DNA from: Dipteris shenzhenensis
Lineage: Eukaryota
Reading direction: 5' to 3' (one strand)
DNA length: 64,000 nt
NCBI GenBank assembly: GCA_047967505.1
Contig: CM106538.1
Below, in pieces: positions 46,174 through 58,131 of the stretch (position 1 is the first letter of the stretch; every line of letters starts with the position of its first letter). The notes beneath the pieces were generated by a model. That model worked only from the letters and a program-made list of their open reading frames with translations, was not told the DNA's origin and ran no database searches. The position numbers were made by a program, and so were the translations under genes.

Positions 46174-48408
46174 CTATCCAATGCCCATCAATACATGACA
46201 ATACTCAAACTGCTGACTAGGTAGACTCTTCATCAGCATATCTGCAGGGTTATCATCTATATGAACCTTGACAAGCTCTATTCGCTTGTCCTCAAGTACC
46301 TCCCTGATGAAATGGTACCTGACCTCAATGTGTTTGGTCTTTGCATGAAAGACCGGATTCTGTGCTAGTTGAATAGCACTCATGGAATCACTATTATGCA
46401 ATGTCGGTACACCTGTATGAATCCCCAAATCTCCCACTAGCCGATCAAGCCATATAGCCTCCTTGCAACCCTCTGTGGCTGCAACATACTCAGCCTCTGT
46501 GGTAGACAAAGCAACACACTTCTATGCATGAGACATCCACGACACTACACCACCTACAAAGATGAACACATAACCAGAAGTGGATCTCCTACTATCCACA
46601 TGCCCTGCATAGTCTGAATCTATGTACCCAAGTACACGCATGTCTCCTCTACCAAAGCAGATGCACATCTCCTTGGTACCCTTCATGTACCTCATGATGC
46701 ACTTAACTGCCTCCCAATGCCTCTTTCTTGGATTACCCATATACAAGCTAACAACTCCCACTGCAAATGCAATGTTTGATCTAGTAGCTATCATAGCATA
46801 CATAAGACTCCCAACCGCTAATGCATAAGGAACCTTGGCCATCATGGCCCTCTCCTCATCTGATTTGGGACTATCTGTATGACTCAGTTTCACATATGGA
46901 GGCAATGGAGTACTCATTGCCTTCCCCCCCTCCATATTGAAACGCTGCAATACTTTTGTAACATACTCCTTTTGTGAAAGCCAAAGGAGTTTCCTACTCC
47001 GATCACGTGTGATGCGCATACTGAGAATATGACCTACAAGTCCCAAATCCTTCATATCAAAGGCCTCATGCAACTTGGCCTTTAATGCATCTAGCTCATA
47101 AGTATTCTTACTAGCCAATAGCATATCATCCACATATAGTGCCACGAGTATCAGGCTATTATCCTTAGCCCTTTTAGTATAGAGGCAATGATCAATTTCA
47201 CTCCTTCTAAAACCCTGGGATCGAATGAAAGCATTAAACTTCTGATACCATTCTCTAGGTGCTTGCTTAAGACCATAGAGACTCTTCTTTAGCTTGCAAA
47301 CTAAATGCTCTTTGCCCTTTTCTTCAAAGCCTTTCGGCTGCACCATGTAAATTTCCTCATGTAGATCCCCATGCAAGAAAGCTGTCTTGACATCCATCTG
47401 CATAAGCTCCATATCCTCTACTGCCACTAGTCCAAGCATGCATCTAAGTGTGGTCATCTTCACAACTGGAGAGAATATCTCATCAAAGTCCACACCCTTC
47501 TCTTGCTTGAACCCTTTAGCAACCAAACGGGCCTTGTACCTAGGCACATCAACGCCTGTGACCTTCATCTTGTACACCCATTTACATGGCAATGCTTTCT
47601 TTCCATGTGGCAAAGAAACCAAGTCCCAAGTCTTATTCTTCATAAGTGAACTCATCTCTGATTGCATAGCATACTCCCACTTGCATTGATCCTCGTGCAT
47701 CATAGCCTTTCTATAGCAAGAAGGCTCCCCGCAATCAGTAAGCATCACATGGTCTAACCCTGGAACAAACCTATCAGGTGGTCTAGACACCCTAGATGAT
47801 CTTCTCAAGAGCATTTCAGCTTGCTGTCCCACTTGCATATCAGCCACATTTGGCTCATCATTTCCACCAATAGATGATCCATCATCTACCCTTGATTGTA
47901 TACCTGTGGGAGTACTTGGCGGTACCATTTCTTGCACATTTGGTGCATGGACAGCTTGCTGTCTATCAACATATGCAGGTGGATTCACATACTGGAAAGT
48001 GATTCTCCTCATTTCCACATCCCTTATGGGTGCCTTATGCATCTTATTCTCATTGAAGGCTACATCATGGTTGCGTATGATCTTCTTTGCTTTTGGATCC
48101 CAGAGACGATAGCCCATCTCTCCACTTTCACCATAACCCAAAAAGATGCTTTTCCTAGACTTAGGATCTAGCTTCTTTCGAAGCTCTTTTGGCACATGTG
48201 CATATGCCTCATACCCAAATATACACAAATGAGAGTAAGAGGGCTTCTTGCCACTCCATGCCTCTTCAGGAATACCACCATCCAAACTCTTACTAGGTGA
48301 TCTATTGATCACGTGCACTGCAGTCTTCATTGCCTCAGCCCAAAATCCACCAGAAAGACTTGCATTAGAAAGCATGCATTGCAACCTTTCTTGAATGGTA
48401 CGGTTCAT
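46174..48408 (-). pseudogene. Copia integrase C-terminus/RT/RNase H of copy D (one in-frame TAG at 46522-46524)
   Basis: A 628-aa ORF with YKARLVAKGF, MDVKTAFLHG and LYVDDMLL continues in frame after the TAG into KCVALSTTEAEY...HAKTKHIEVRYHF. Confidence 0.93.
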
Positions 48409-49098
48409 CTTTTCTGTAACTGGATTTTGCTCTGGAGTACGAGGGGATGTGAGCTCCCTCTTAACCCCACGTGTATCACAGAAATGCTGAAAGTCATGAG
48501 AGAGATACTCTCCACCATTGTCAGTTTATAGGCATTTAAGCGTTCTACTGAACTGATTCTCAACCAAGGCCAGCCATTTCTAAATTACCTGGAACACATC
48601 ACTCTTTCGAGCTATAGCATAAGCCCACACTTTCCTAGTTGCATCATCAATGAATGTCGACCACATACGTCTAAATGCACCAAATCAAGCTTTTCAAACT
48701 CTTTCTTTCCCCTTCTTTTATGGGCTGATTTAGTCTACTTCCCATAGAGACAATGCTCACAAAATTTAGAATCAAAGAAACTTAAATGCGGTACATAACA
48801 CAAATGGCATAAGAGTTTCATCCCATTTTGGCTCATATGGCCCAACCGACAATGCCATAAAGAAGTGCTTGGCTACTCAGTTATTGCAACAACATGATCA
48901 AACACCCGTGATACATGTAAGGGATACAAAGTCCCACACTTGGCACCCCTAGCCAAAAGCATAGAGCCCTTCTAAATTTTCCGACTCCTAGAACCAAAGT
49001 GCTGGTCTGAAAACCAGCATCATCTAGCTGACCCGTTGAAATGAGACTCTTGGTCAGCAGACCCATTTGCAAAAGAAAACTTTATGTCACCTACTCCC

Positions 49099-49823
49099 TA
49101 TTAGATATCAATGCTCCACTCTCATGTAACTATGCGGAACCAGCTAACTCTACTTGTAAGCCCCCCATATGAGGAGAAGGCATTTGAGTAGCTCGGTTAT
49201 CTGGTAGGTCCTGGTTTGGACACTAGATGGGGGCCATGTGTGGCCTGATGGCTAGACAGTTTTAGATAGAGTTGGCACACCGCCAACTAGGCTACATGCA
49301 AGTGCGGGAAGGCATCCCATGACTGACCGCATTGAGGGTAGACAGAGCTTTTCCCAGGGCAGCCCACTCTCGGGTTGCGGGGCCCGTTTGGAGTCCTAGA
49401 TGATCCCGGATGGCTGTGGGCCAAACGGAGACCGTAGTTAAGTTGCTCTATTTTGCACACCGGTTCTATCATGTGATCGGTGGCCTATTTTGGAGACCAG
49501 TCGACCATTTTGGGCAGACTGGGTGAGTCACCATATTGAGTCTAACCGACTATGACTGGTGGCTATATAAGAGCAAGCCCGTGAAGCCCATTTCATCACT
49601 GGCTACAACAACCCTGATTCCTTAGCATCCAACCTCCCTCTTCTACTATTTCCAGCTCGCCATCAAAGCTTCTTTCACAGGAGTGCACGGATGGGAGGCA
49701 GCGCCATCTATTGTATCAGTTCTATAGTAATCAATTTTTTGATTCTCCATACTATCTGGTTTTCTCTCTTGCGTACAAGATCCTGTTATCTGTTGAGCAC
49801 AAACGTTGTATTATTTTCTTACA
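49099..49823 (+). mobile_element. Solo LTR (725 bp, family F) inside copia D; TSD CTCCC
   Basis: CTCCC at 49094-49098 and 49824-49828. The sequence is the reverse-complement homologue of LTR 57242-57986. Confidence 0.95.
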
Positions 49824-52510
49824 CTCCCACTATGTCACATGCATAGTCATTTCCAAGATGCACACAACCTGTCTTTCCACTGTCATAAGTGGAGAACCAT
49901 TCCCTATGGGGAGTAACATGGAATGAAGCACCAAAATCCAAAATCCAATCCTTGGAATATGCATCATCTGAAGTGGTAAGCAACTCTGCAGATAAAGTAG
50001 ACATGAAGAGAATGTCATTGTCACTATCATGTGTGACTGCATTGATCTCCTCGATCTTCACTTTTCCTTTGTTCTCCCTTGGACTCTCTTCCTTCTGATT
50101 TGCACCCCAATTTGCATTCTTTTTCTTATCCTTTTGCTTTCTTTTAAGCTTGTAGCAATCCTTTTTTATGTGGCCCTTCTTGCCACAATAGTGACACTCA
50201 ATGTTCCATGCCCTGGACTTCCTATGGGGCTTCCCTCTTTCTTGAAACTTCCCCCTGGACTGTGATCTGCCCCTTTGCACATTTAAGGTTGCATCCTGCT
50301 TGTTGCCTTCCATTGACTTCCGTCTAATCTCCTCGGCCAACAAGCTACCAACCACATCATCAAAGTTCAATACTCTATTAGGTGCAGAGTTACTGATAGC
50401 AGTACAGCAAGTATTCCATGAGGATGGTAATGAGCATAAGAGAAATATTGCCCTCATTTCCGCATCGAAATTCAGCTTTTGAGCTTGAAGCGGACTAAAG
50501 ATGATATTAAATTCATTCAAGTGAAAACCTATGGATACTCCCTCCTTCATGTGCAGCTCAAACAATCTCTTCATGAGATAGACTTTGTTTGAGGCAGTCT
50601 CTTTCTCATATGTAACACAAAGCTTTTTCCAGAAAGCTTCCGTAGTCTTTTCAGTGACTACTGTGAAATAAACTATGTCCCCAAGATGAAGTCTAATGGT
50701 AGACTTTGCCAATGCATCCAACTCATTCCATTCATCTGTGGACATAGCTGCAGGCTTAGCTGCAATCCCTTGCAAGGGTTTTATCTACTTCTTTTGAATA
50801 AGCACATCCCTTATCTGTTCTTTCCACAAAGAAAAGTTTGTCCCATCAAACTTTTCAATGCTAAAAAACTCCTTTTTAGACATGGAAGAGGATGCCATGA
50901 TGCAAATAAAGCAAAATCCCAAATGCTAAATACCAGGTGCACCCAAATGTGTATGCCACAATAGAGTGAAATATCACCAAAACTCAAAGCTCAAAGCATC
51001 AAAAGATACAACTGACTCATGTGCCTGTACTATGCATCCATATGAGCAAATCTGGCCCAAAGGAAAATGCCAACTGCAATGACAATCCAAAATGCGAATA
51101 AGTGCCAAATGGCTCAAGCATAAACACTGTCCATGGGCATATGAATCAACAATATCTCATCCAAGAGAGCATAACACTATCATCACCTACAATATGTCAA
51201 ATGGTTGTCCCTCAGCATAAAATAGCATCCATGTGCAAAGCGTCCATAAAAAATAGCATCCCACAAGGCAATCTGGGCCTATCAATGCATCCAATAAGGA
51301 TCGCAATGGATCCAAATGGCCTATAAATCATCCACTACAACCCAATGCACATTATGAATGAGTGCACATGGCTCAAACTACAACCAGAGTGATCTGCATA
51401 AGGTATGCTCAAGAAATCATGGTCCCACGGCAATGATCGCTACTGAAAATAGAACCTGAGATGCCTCAAAACATGGGCACCATTGCATAATCGGACTTAG
51501 CAAGACAATCTGCAAATATCTCTCTTCTGCTGGAAATCCAAAATTCTAATCGATGAGTGAGAAATGGGAATCAACACTTATCCACTGCCATGTGGCATAA
51601 ATCTAAGGTTTCCAAACCTTAGAATGAAAAATGCATAATAAAGAGATGAAATCAAATACATAGAGATCTATAACTCTAAAAATACTCCACCGAATCGTGT
51701 AAGAATTGGCAGATAGAGTTTTTTAGGCATCTAAAATGCAATGGAATAGACGGTTTTGGAAACTGTGGTCCCAATCACTGGGTCTAACACGGACTGAAAA
51801 ATATTTTTGGAAACTGAACTGTTTGTAAACTCCACCGGAGTGCGAATGATGAGCAACATAGAATTTTAGGACCTCCTGAGTCCACCGGAACTGATAGATC
51901 TGCAAATGGTTGCTCCAAACTTGAGTTCCAACACCTGGGTAGAAAAACGTTGAAACTGACATAGTGAGTTAGAAATCCAACGAAATGATCCCAAATTCAA
52001 GAATGAAGGTGTTTCCAAGCTCCTGAAGTGAAATGGATACCAAAAGCAGGCAATGGTTGCCTCTACAAGTCAATACGGAGTCTCTATCGTCGAACAGAAT
52101 AGGGAAAAGCTAAAAAAAATTACTTTTTCTTTGAAAACACTTAATAGGCTCTCAAAACCACTTTGCAAAACCAAAGTGACTTTTCCAAAGGTTCCTTCAA
52201 GGTCTCTATGCACTCAGATGCAAGTAAAGTCACCCACAAAGCTTCCCACAGAGTTTCTCCTTCCTCCCACAGAGCTGCTGAGCTTCTAGGCATTCACACA
52301 CGCTCAGCTAGATCACTCGGGCTGTGATACTAGTTGAGAGTGCTCTCAACAGAAGTAGAACAGAAGAGGGAGAGAGAGAAACAAAGAGCCACACAAGTCT
52401 TTGGTGGGTGCAAGACACCCTAATCTTCTTTTTCATTCATTTATATATGTGTTTGAGTAATGTACATAACTGAGGTAAAGGCACAGTGACCTTTAACCCC
52501 CACATGTCTC

Positions 52511-52640
52511 TACCTGGAGGGGAGTGGCTTTGGTTCACTATCACAATGATGACCGATCCCTTTCCATGACCAAGTCTACATTGGGCTCTATCTGATGGAG
52601 GTGTTCCAGCACAGGGAGACACTACTACAATAGATCATAG
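52511..52640 (+). mobile_element. 3' continuation of the LINE ORF2 after copia D
   Basis: Removing D and one TSD copy gives in-frame YHCLYLEGSGFGSLSQ, followed by IGLYLMEVFQHRETLL. Confidence 0.75.
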
Positions 52641-53115
52641 AGCAGCAGGAGGTGGCTAGATCACAAGACATAGAGGTTGAAAGAGCACATCGATGCATCA
52701 TAGACTTTTATACATTTGAGTTAGCTCCAAGACATAGTAGAGTAGAGGAGAAGGAGCCAGCTAATATGAGGGCAGCCTAGATCAGTAGAGAGAGCCAACA
52801 CAACGATGCTATTGAGAGAGGGACATAGAGACCATGTGCAAAACAGAGAGTGCCTAGAGCACATTTTATTGAGATCCAACCTATCATAGATTTCCTTAGG
52901 GGGGACCGACAAAGATGAGGGCTCACTCTAGACATAGCCCAAAGAGTTCAAAGATTGAGGAGACCGTGCCCCTTGCCACATCACAAGAAGACAACTTGAT
53001 AGATGCGAATGCAAGATATTTCATAGCTCATCAGAGAGCCATCACTAGCTATCATCAGAGAACCATCACTACGCTAGGTTTCGGTTTCTAAGCCGAGCCT
53101 CGAGATTGACTTGAT

Positions 53116-53420
53116 TTAGTTTGTACTGGAGTGTTGAAGTACAAAATTCGTTGCTACAATCGGAGTGTGTCCATAAGCTGCTTGGGATGGAGTCATGCTA
53201 ATGGCACTATGGAAAGAGTTATTATAAGCAAACTCAAGGAGTGGTAGATACTCTTCCCAACCTGCTAGGCATGATTGAATATAATGTCGGAGCATTTCTT
53301 CCAGAACTTGGTTGGCTCTTTCAGTCTGTCCAGTGAAATCCAAAAGTGAGTGGTGAACTTAGGATCTCTGTCGGAAACAATATTCTTGGGCAATCCATGG
53401 TGTCGGAAGAGATTATGATT
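53116..53420 (-). pseudogene. Ty3/gypsy integrase fragment
   Basis: FRHHGLPKNIVSDRDPKFT and GQTERANQVLEEMLRHY...WEEYLPLLEFAYNNSFHSAISMTP. Confidence 0.88.
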
Positions 53421-53424
53421 TTGC

Positions 53425-53553
53425 TAGCATGGATCAGTAATATGCAAGGGCCCTAGTGTGCCCTTTGCTCTAGCCACTGAGGCTTGTATGAAGCTACTCT
53501 TTTTGTGCACTTTGTCCCATGATAGGCCTGTGAGGCCTTCTGTGGATGTTAAT

Positions 53554-53618
<65 letters not shown>

Positions 53619-54864
53619 CACACATCTATACCATGTGCAAGCATACGGCTCTTGTACTGTAGGGAGACACATGCTACCTTGGTTGGAATTAGCATCTGCA
53701 TGGCATTGGTAGCTCAGTGTGATCAGATATGTTGGTATGTAGACACATGCCGATATTTTGAGAGATTGGGTTTCCATATAGGTAGACTGCCTCCCTTTTA
53801 GTACAACATTGATGCTAGTTTGTTCTGATTTAGGGCAACGAGTTCAACCTAATCATTTAGGAGGATCTCTTATAGCTACACACATTCAAGACCTAGTTGG
53901 CATAGATAGAGGTTCCTATGAATCTCAGTTCCTATTGAGACCACTATGTGCACATTTTTTAGGAGGGTTTCATTATCCCACTAGGGTACACCCAGATCCA
54001 CCTATGACACTAACTCAAGATTTCCATTAGATAGTTTTGCGTGTCATCACACTGACTCTGTATCGAGAGCGGGTGAGCAAATGGGATCCCTAGAGAGAGT
54101 CACATCTACACACTATGTGATCAACATGAGGTGGAATCAGAGGAGCACTTCATCTTCCATTTCCCAATCTACTATGAGATCCATGGATGTGATACCACTG
54201 CCTATTCAGAGATAGATTCTAGGGCCTCTCCAGATTCCTATCATACCGAGACCAGAGATTCTTGACCGATTTCATTCATGAGGCAGTCCATCGACATAGG
54301 GAGTGTCTCATCAGATCATGGAGACAGGAGGAGGGGGCCTTACTATCCCAGAGTATGATCACAGATTTCTTCTAGTCGGAGCATGTTACCCCTCTCGGCC
54401 ACAACTAGTAGGAGAGGCAGGGACCTCATGATTGACATGTGGCACAACCAATAGAGGATAGACACACAGTTCACACTCACCAACATTTCTTTCATTTTTG
54501 AACTTGGCGTACAGCCGATAGGGGTTACTGTGGTCTTTGTCACATGTTAGATAGCTACTAGGAGGGCACGACTAACATCTCATCTAGATATCAGACAATG
54601 ATCCATCACAAGCTTCTTGCCTACACTATCTAGTCCATCACTGAGTGTATCTTGCTATTTGATCTAATTGCATCTTCCATGGAGATATTGATTCCATAGA
54701 TGTTTTATGACTAGGGTGACATGTACGATGATATCATTGACTGTCTTACCCAGTTTTCTCTAGCATGGGTTAGGATGCTCGCTTAGTAGCTCCACCCTTC
54801 TGCTCATTGTATTAGGTTTTTCTATTAGTCTCATAGTCCCATGAGTCTTTAGCAGACTTTAATG

Positions 54865-54867
<3 letters not shown>
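53425..54867 (+). mobile_element. Second LINE 3' fragment ending in a (CT)n tail
   Basis: EVESEEHFIFHFPIYYEIHG...YHCLFRD at ~54128-54215 is homologous to 45880-45950. It ends at TTAATGAAA immediately before the CT array and has an internal CT/CA microsatellite at 53556-53624. Confidence 0.7.
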
Positions 54868-54898
<31 letters not shown>

Positions 54899-54940
54899 TA
54901 CCTTTCTCTGTGTGTGTGTGTGTGTGTGTGTGCACGCGTG

Positions 54941-55007
<67 letters not shown>

Positions 55008-55055
55008 CTTTCTCTCTCTCCCTCCCTCCCTTCCTCCCTCCCTCCCTCCCTCCCT

Positions 55056-55119
<64 letters not shown>

Positions 55120-55231
55120 GAGAAGGTACAACCAGTTCTCTCTCTCTTTATTAGAGAAGGTACAACCAATTTATTGAATGCTTACAAGACTCCCCATGAT
55201 GATCTCTCTCTCTCTCTCTCTCTCCCTCCCT

Positions 55232-55294
<63 letters not shown>

Positions 55295-55362
55295 CCTCCC
55301 TCCCTCCCTCCCTCCCTCCCTCCCTCCCTCTCCCGCCCTCCCGTGCTCACTCCTCCCCACCC

Positions 55363-55442
<80 letters not shown>

Positions 55443-55450
55443 TCTCTCTT
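54868..55450. repeat. Long compound polypyrimidine microsatellite (CT)n/(CCCT)n/(GT)n
   Basis: Directly visible. It contains two copies of TAGAGAAGGTACAACCA at ~55117 and ~55152. Confidence 0.97.
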
Positions 55451-56132
55451 TTTCAATAACTATATTTTGCACTAGTTTCTCATAGTATCAAGGTCCTTCG
55501 TATTGGAGGGGAACATGGAATCTTTAAGTAAGAAGAAAAAATAATCCAAATGATAACCCTAGAAAGATAGCAAAATGTCATTATTGTGGTATCCCAGACT
55601 TTTGGAAAGATGAATATAGAAAGAAACAGTGGAATACAACTGGTCAATACAGTATTTGGAATTCAAATCAAAATCAAGGTAGATAGTTTGCACATTATGC
55701 TAATGAGAAAAATCAAGATAATTCTCAGTATTATATCCAACACAAAAGTTCTTATTTGTCACTATGTCACAATACAAAATCATTGTCACAACAATTAAGA
55801 TGAAAATACTTGGTGGTTTGATTGTGTGTGAGCACACCCATTGAACAAAAGTGCCAAAGGGAACTTGATTGTGGGTGATAACATATTGCAAAAGATTGAA
55901 AGAATTTAGAAAATACCACTGCATAGTGATAAAAGTATTATAAAATTTATTAGATATGCTTTCCATGTTTCCAACCATGGCACAAGAGCTTCTTTGCATT
56001 GGTCAAAGGAAAAATAATGACATGGAAATAGTTTCAACAAGTATGGATGCACACTCAGAGAGCTTAACAATCCCAACTCAATCATTGTGTTATCAAGGAT
56101 CAAAAGCACAATCAAGAACAACCAATATGAGA

Positions 56133-57986
56133 TCATTGTGTGTAGAGAGCAATCGTACCTTTTCCTTTTACTAGACATTTTGCATCATTGCTGACTGCTA
56201 CCAGGATGTCATTCCCTACCGGATGTAGAGAGGTATACCAATCCTTCCAACTGGTCATATGGCGCGATGCACCACTGTCAATAATCCAAGGTTCATCCGT
56301 AGGTACATGAATTTCCTCCATGCAAATCTTCTCAATTGCTACGAATAGCTCTACTGGTACTACCTGCGCGCTGTTGCTGGACTCTTTCTTTACTCCGTTC
56401 TTCTCATCTGCAATCTTCTTTCGGTGCTCATTCTGCTTGTGCCCTGCCTTGTTGCAATAGAAGCACTTGATCTTCTTCTTTCTCTTTTTATCATCAGAAG
56501 AAGATGGGTTACCAGAGTCCTTACCTTACCTTTCTTTGATCCAGCTGAGAAAGCCGAATCTTCTCTAGTCCTCATCTTTTGATGCATCTCCTCCTCCAAA
56601 AGCATTGCACTAAAATCCTCAAAGTTGAGGGGCGGATTTTTGTTCTACGTATTCAGCACCGTAATAAGACCGTCGTACTTTGGTAGAAAAATCTGTATGC
56701 GCCTTCGTGCTAGATTCTCGCTGGTGATGGTGATGCTGATCGCTGTCATCTGATCATGCAGATTCTTCACCCTGGTGATGAACTTCTATGTTGAGTCTCC
56801 AGATTCTAAATCTGCATCTGATTTGTGGTCTCGTACTGATTTTTCAAGATCGCCCATGCCTCCTCCACTGTGGTGACATGTTGAATTAATGCCATTATAG
56901 AATCACTTACACTGCGGACAATAGAACACAACACATTTGCATTTCTTCTTGTCCACGCGAGAATCTGATCCGCAGTTGGTACTATCTATTGTCCTGCATT
57001 GGCTAGATTCGGTCTCGCAACCGGCTTCACGTCCACCCCAGTAGCAGTATCCCAAAGCTCGTATGCGCTTAGGATGGTCTTCATCTTGAGCTTCCAGAGT
57101 GGATAGTTAGTGCCGTCCAACTTTCCACTTTTGCCGAACGGTGGGATTCGCAGTCTTGTGGGCTGGGCCATCTCTCACAATCTGCGCACAAACAGAAACA
57201 CACTACCAAATCTTCTTGCTAGAGCCCAAGCTCTGATACCATGTAATAAAACAATACAACGTCTGTGCTCAACAGATAACAGGATCTCGTATGCAAGAGA
57301 GAAAAGCATATAGTATGGAGAATCAAAAATTTGATTACTGTAAAATTGATACAATAGATGGCACTACCTCCCAGCCATGCGCTCCTGTGTGAGAAGCTTC
57401 GATGGCATGCTGGAAATAGTAGAGGATGGAGGTTGGATGCTAAGGAATCAGGGTTGTTGTAGCCAATGATGATGATGGGCTTCACGGGCTTGCTCTTATA
57501 TAGCCACCAGTCGTAGTCGGTTAGACCCAATTGGGAGACCGACCTAGTCATCCCAAAAATGTTGACTGGAGGTCGGTCTTGAAATAGGCCACCAACCACA
57601 CATTAGAACTGTGGCACAGAATAGAGCAACTAGCCTATGGTCTCCGTTCGGCCCTCCGTTCGGCCCAGAGCCATTCGGGATCATCTGGGGCTCCAAACGG
57701 GCCTCGCAACCCAATAGTGGGCTACCCTAGGAAATGCTCCATCTACCCTCAGTGCGGTCAGTCATGGGATGGCTTCCCGCACTTGCATGTAGCCTAATTG
57801 GCAGTGTGCCAACTCTATCTAAAGCCGTCCAGCCATCAGGCCACACATGGCCCCCATCTGGTGTCCAAACCAGGACCTATCGGATAACCTAGCTACTCAA
57901 ATACCTTCTCCTCATATGGGGGGCTTACAAGTAGAGTTAACTTGTTCCTGCATAGTTATATGAGAGTGGAGCATTGATATCTAACA
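56133..57986 (-). mobile_element. Copia family F, 5' part (5' LTR 57242-57986, PBS, gag, protease), truncated
   Basis: PBS complement GCTCTGATACCA at 57230-57241. Gag KLDGTNYPLWKLKM, zinc knuckle KCFYCNKAGH, protease WIIDSGASRHMT. Confidence 0.9.
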
Positions 57987-58131
57987 TTATGGCCATTAAT
58001 TCTACATGGTGGGGAATACCTCCCATAGAAATATTTTCACTTTAATTGCTTGGTCATCCCTTGGGATATTTTAAATTAATAAAATTTATTTCATAATTAT
58101 TGCTTCCGTCCTTTTTTATAATCTTTATATT

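Larger units (their letters stand above)
45951..52504 (-). mobile_element. Full-length copia family A copy D, inserted in the LINE; 6-bp TSD TGTCTC
   Basis: LTRs 45951-46120 and 52335-52504 (~14 mismatches over 170 bp). PPT at 46121 and decayed PBS at 52321-52332. Gag ORF 49819-50775, IN-RT ORF 46522-48408, RNase H 46174-46509. Confidence 0.96.

Noticed and set aside
46522-46524. Idea that U-to-C RNA editing repairs the shared TAG
   Set aside because: PPR-mediated U-to-C editing is known only in organelles, and nothing in the sequence links it to nuclear retroelement RNA.
54849-55485. ORFs rich in SL/ER/CV dipeptides (also 4828-5133 and 53424-53777)
   Set aside because: They are translations of microsatellites.
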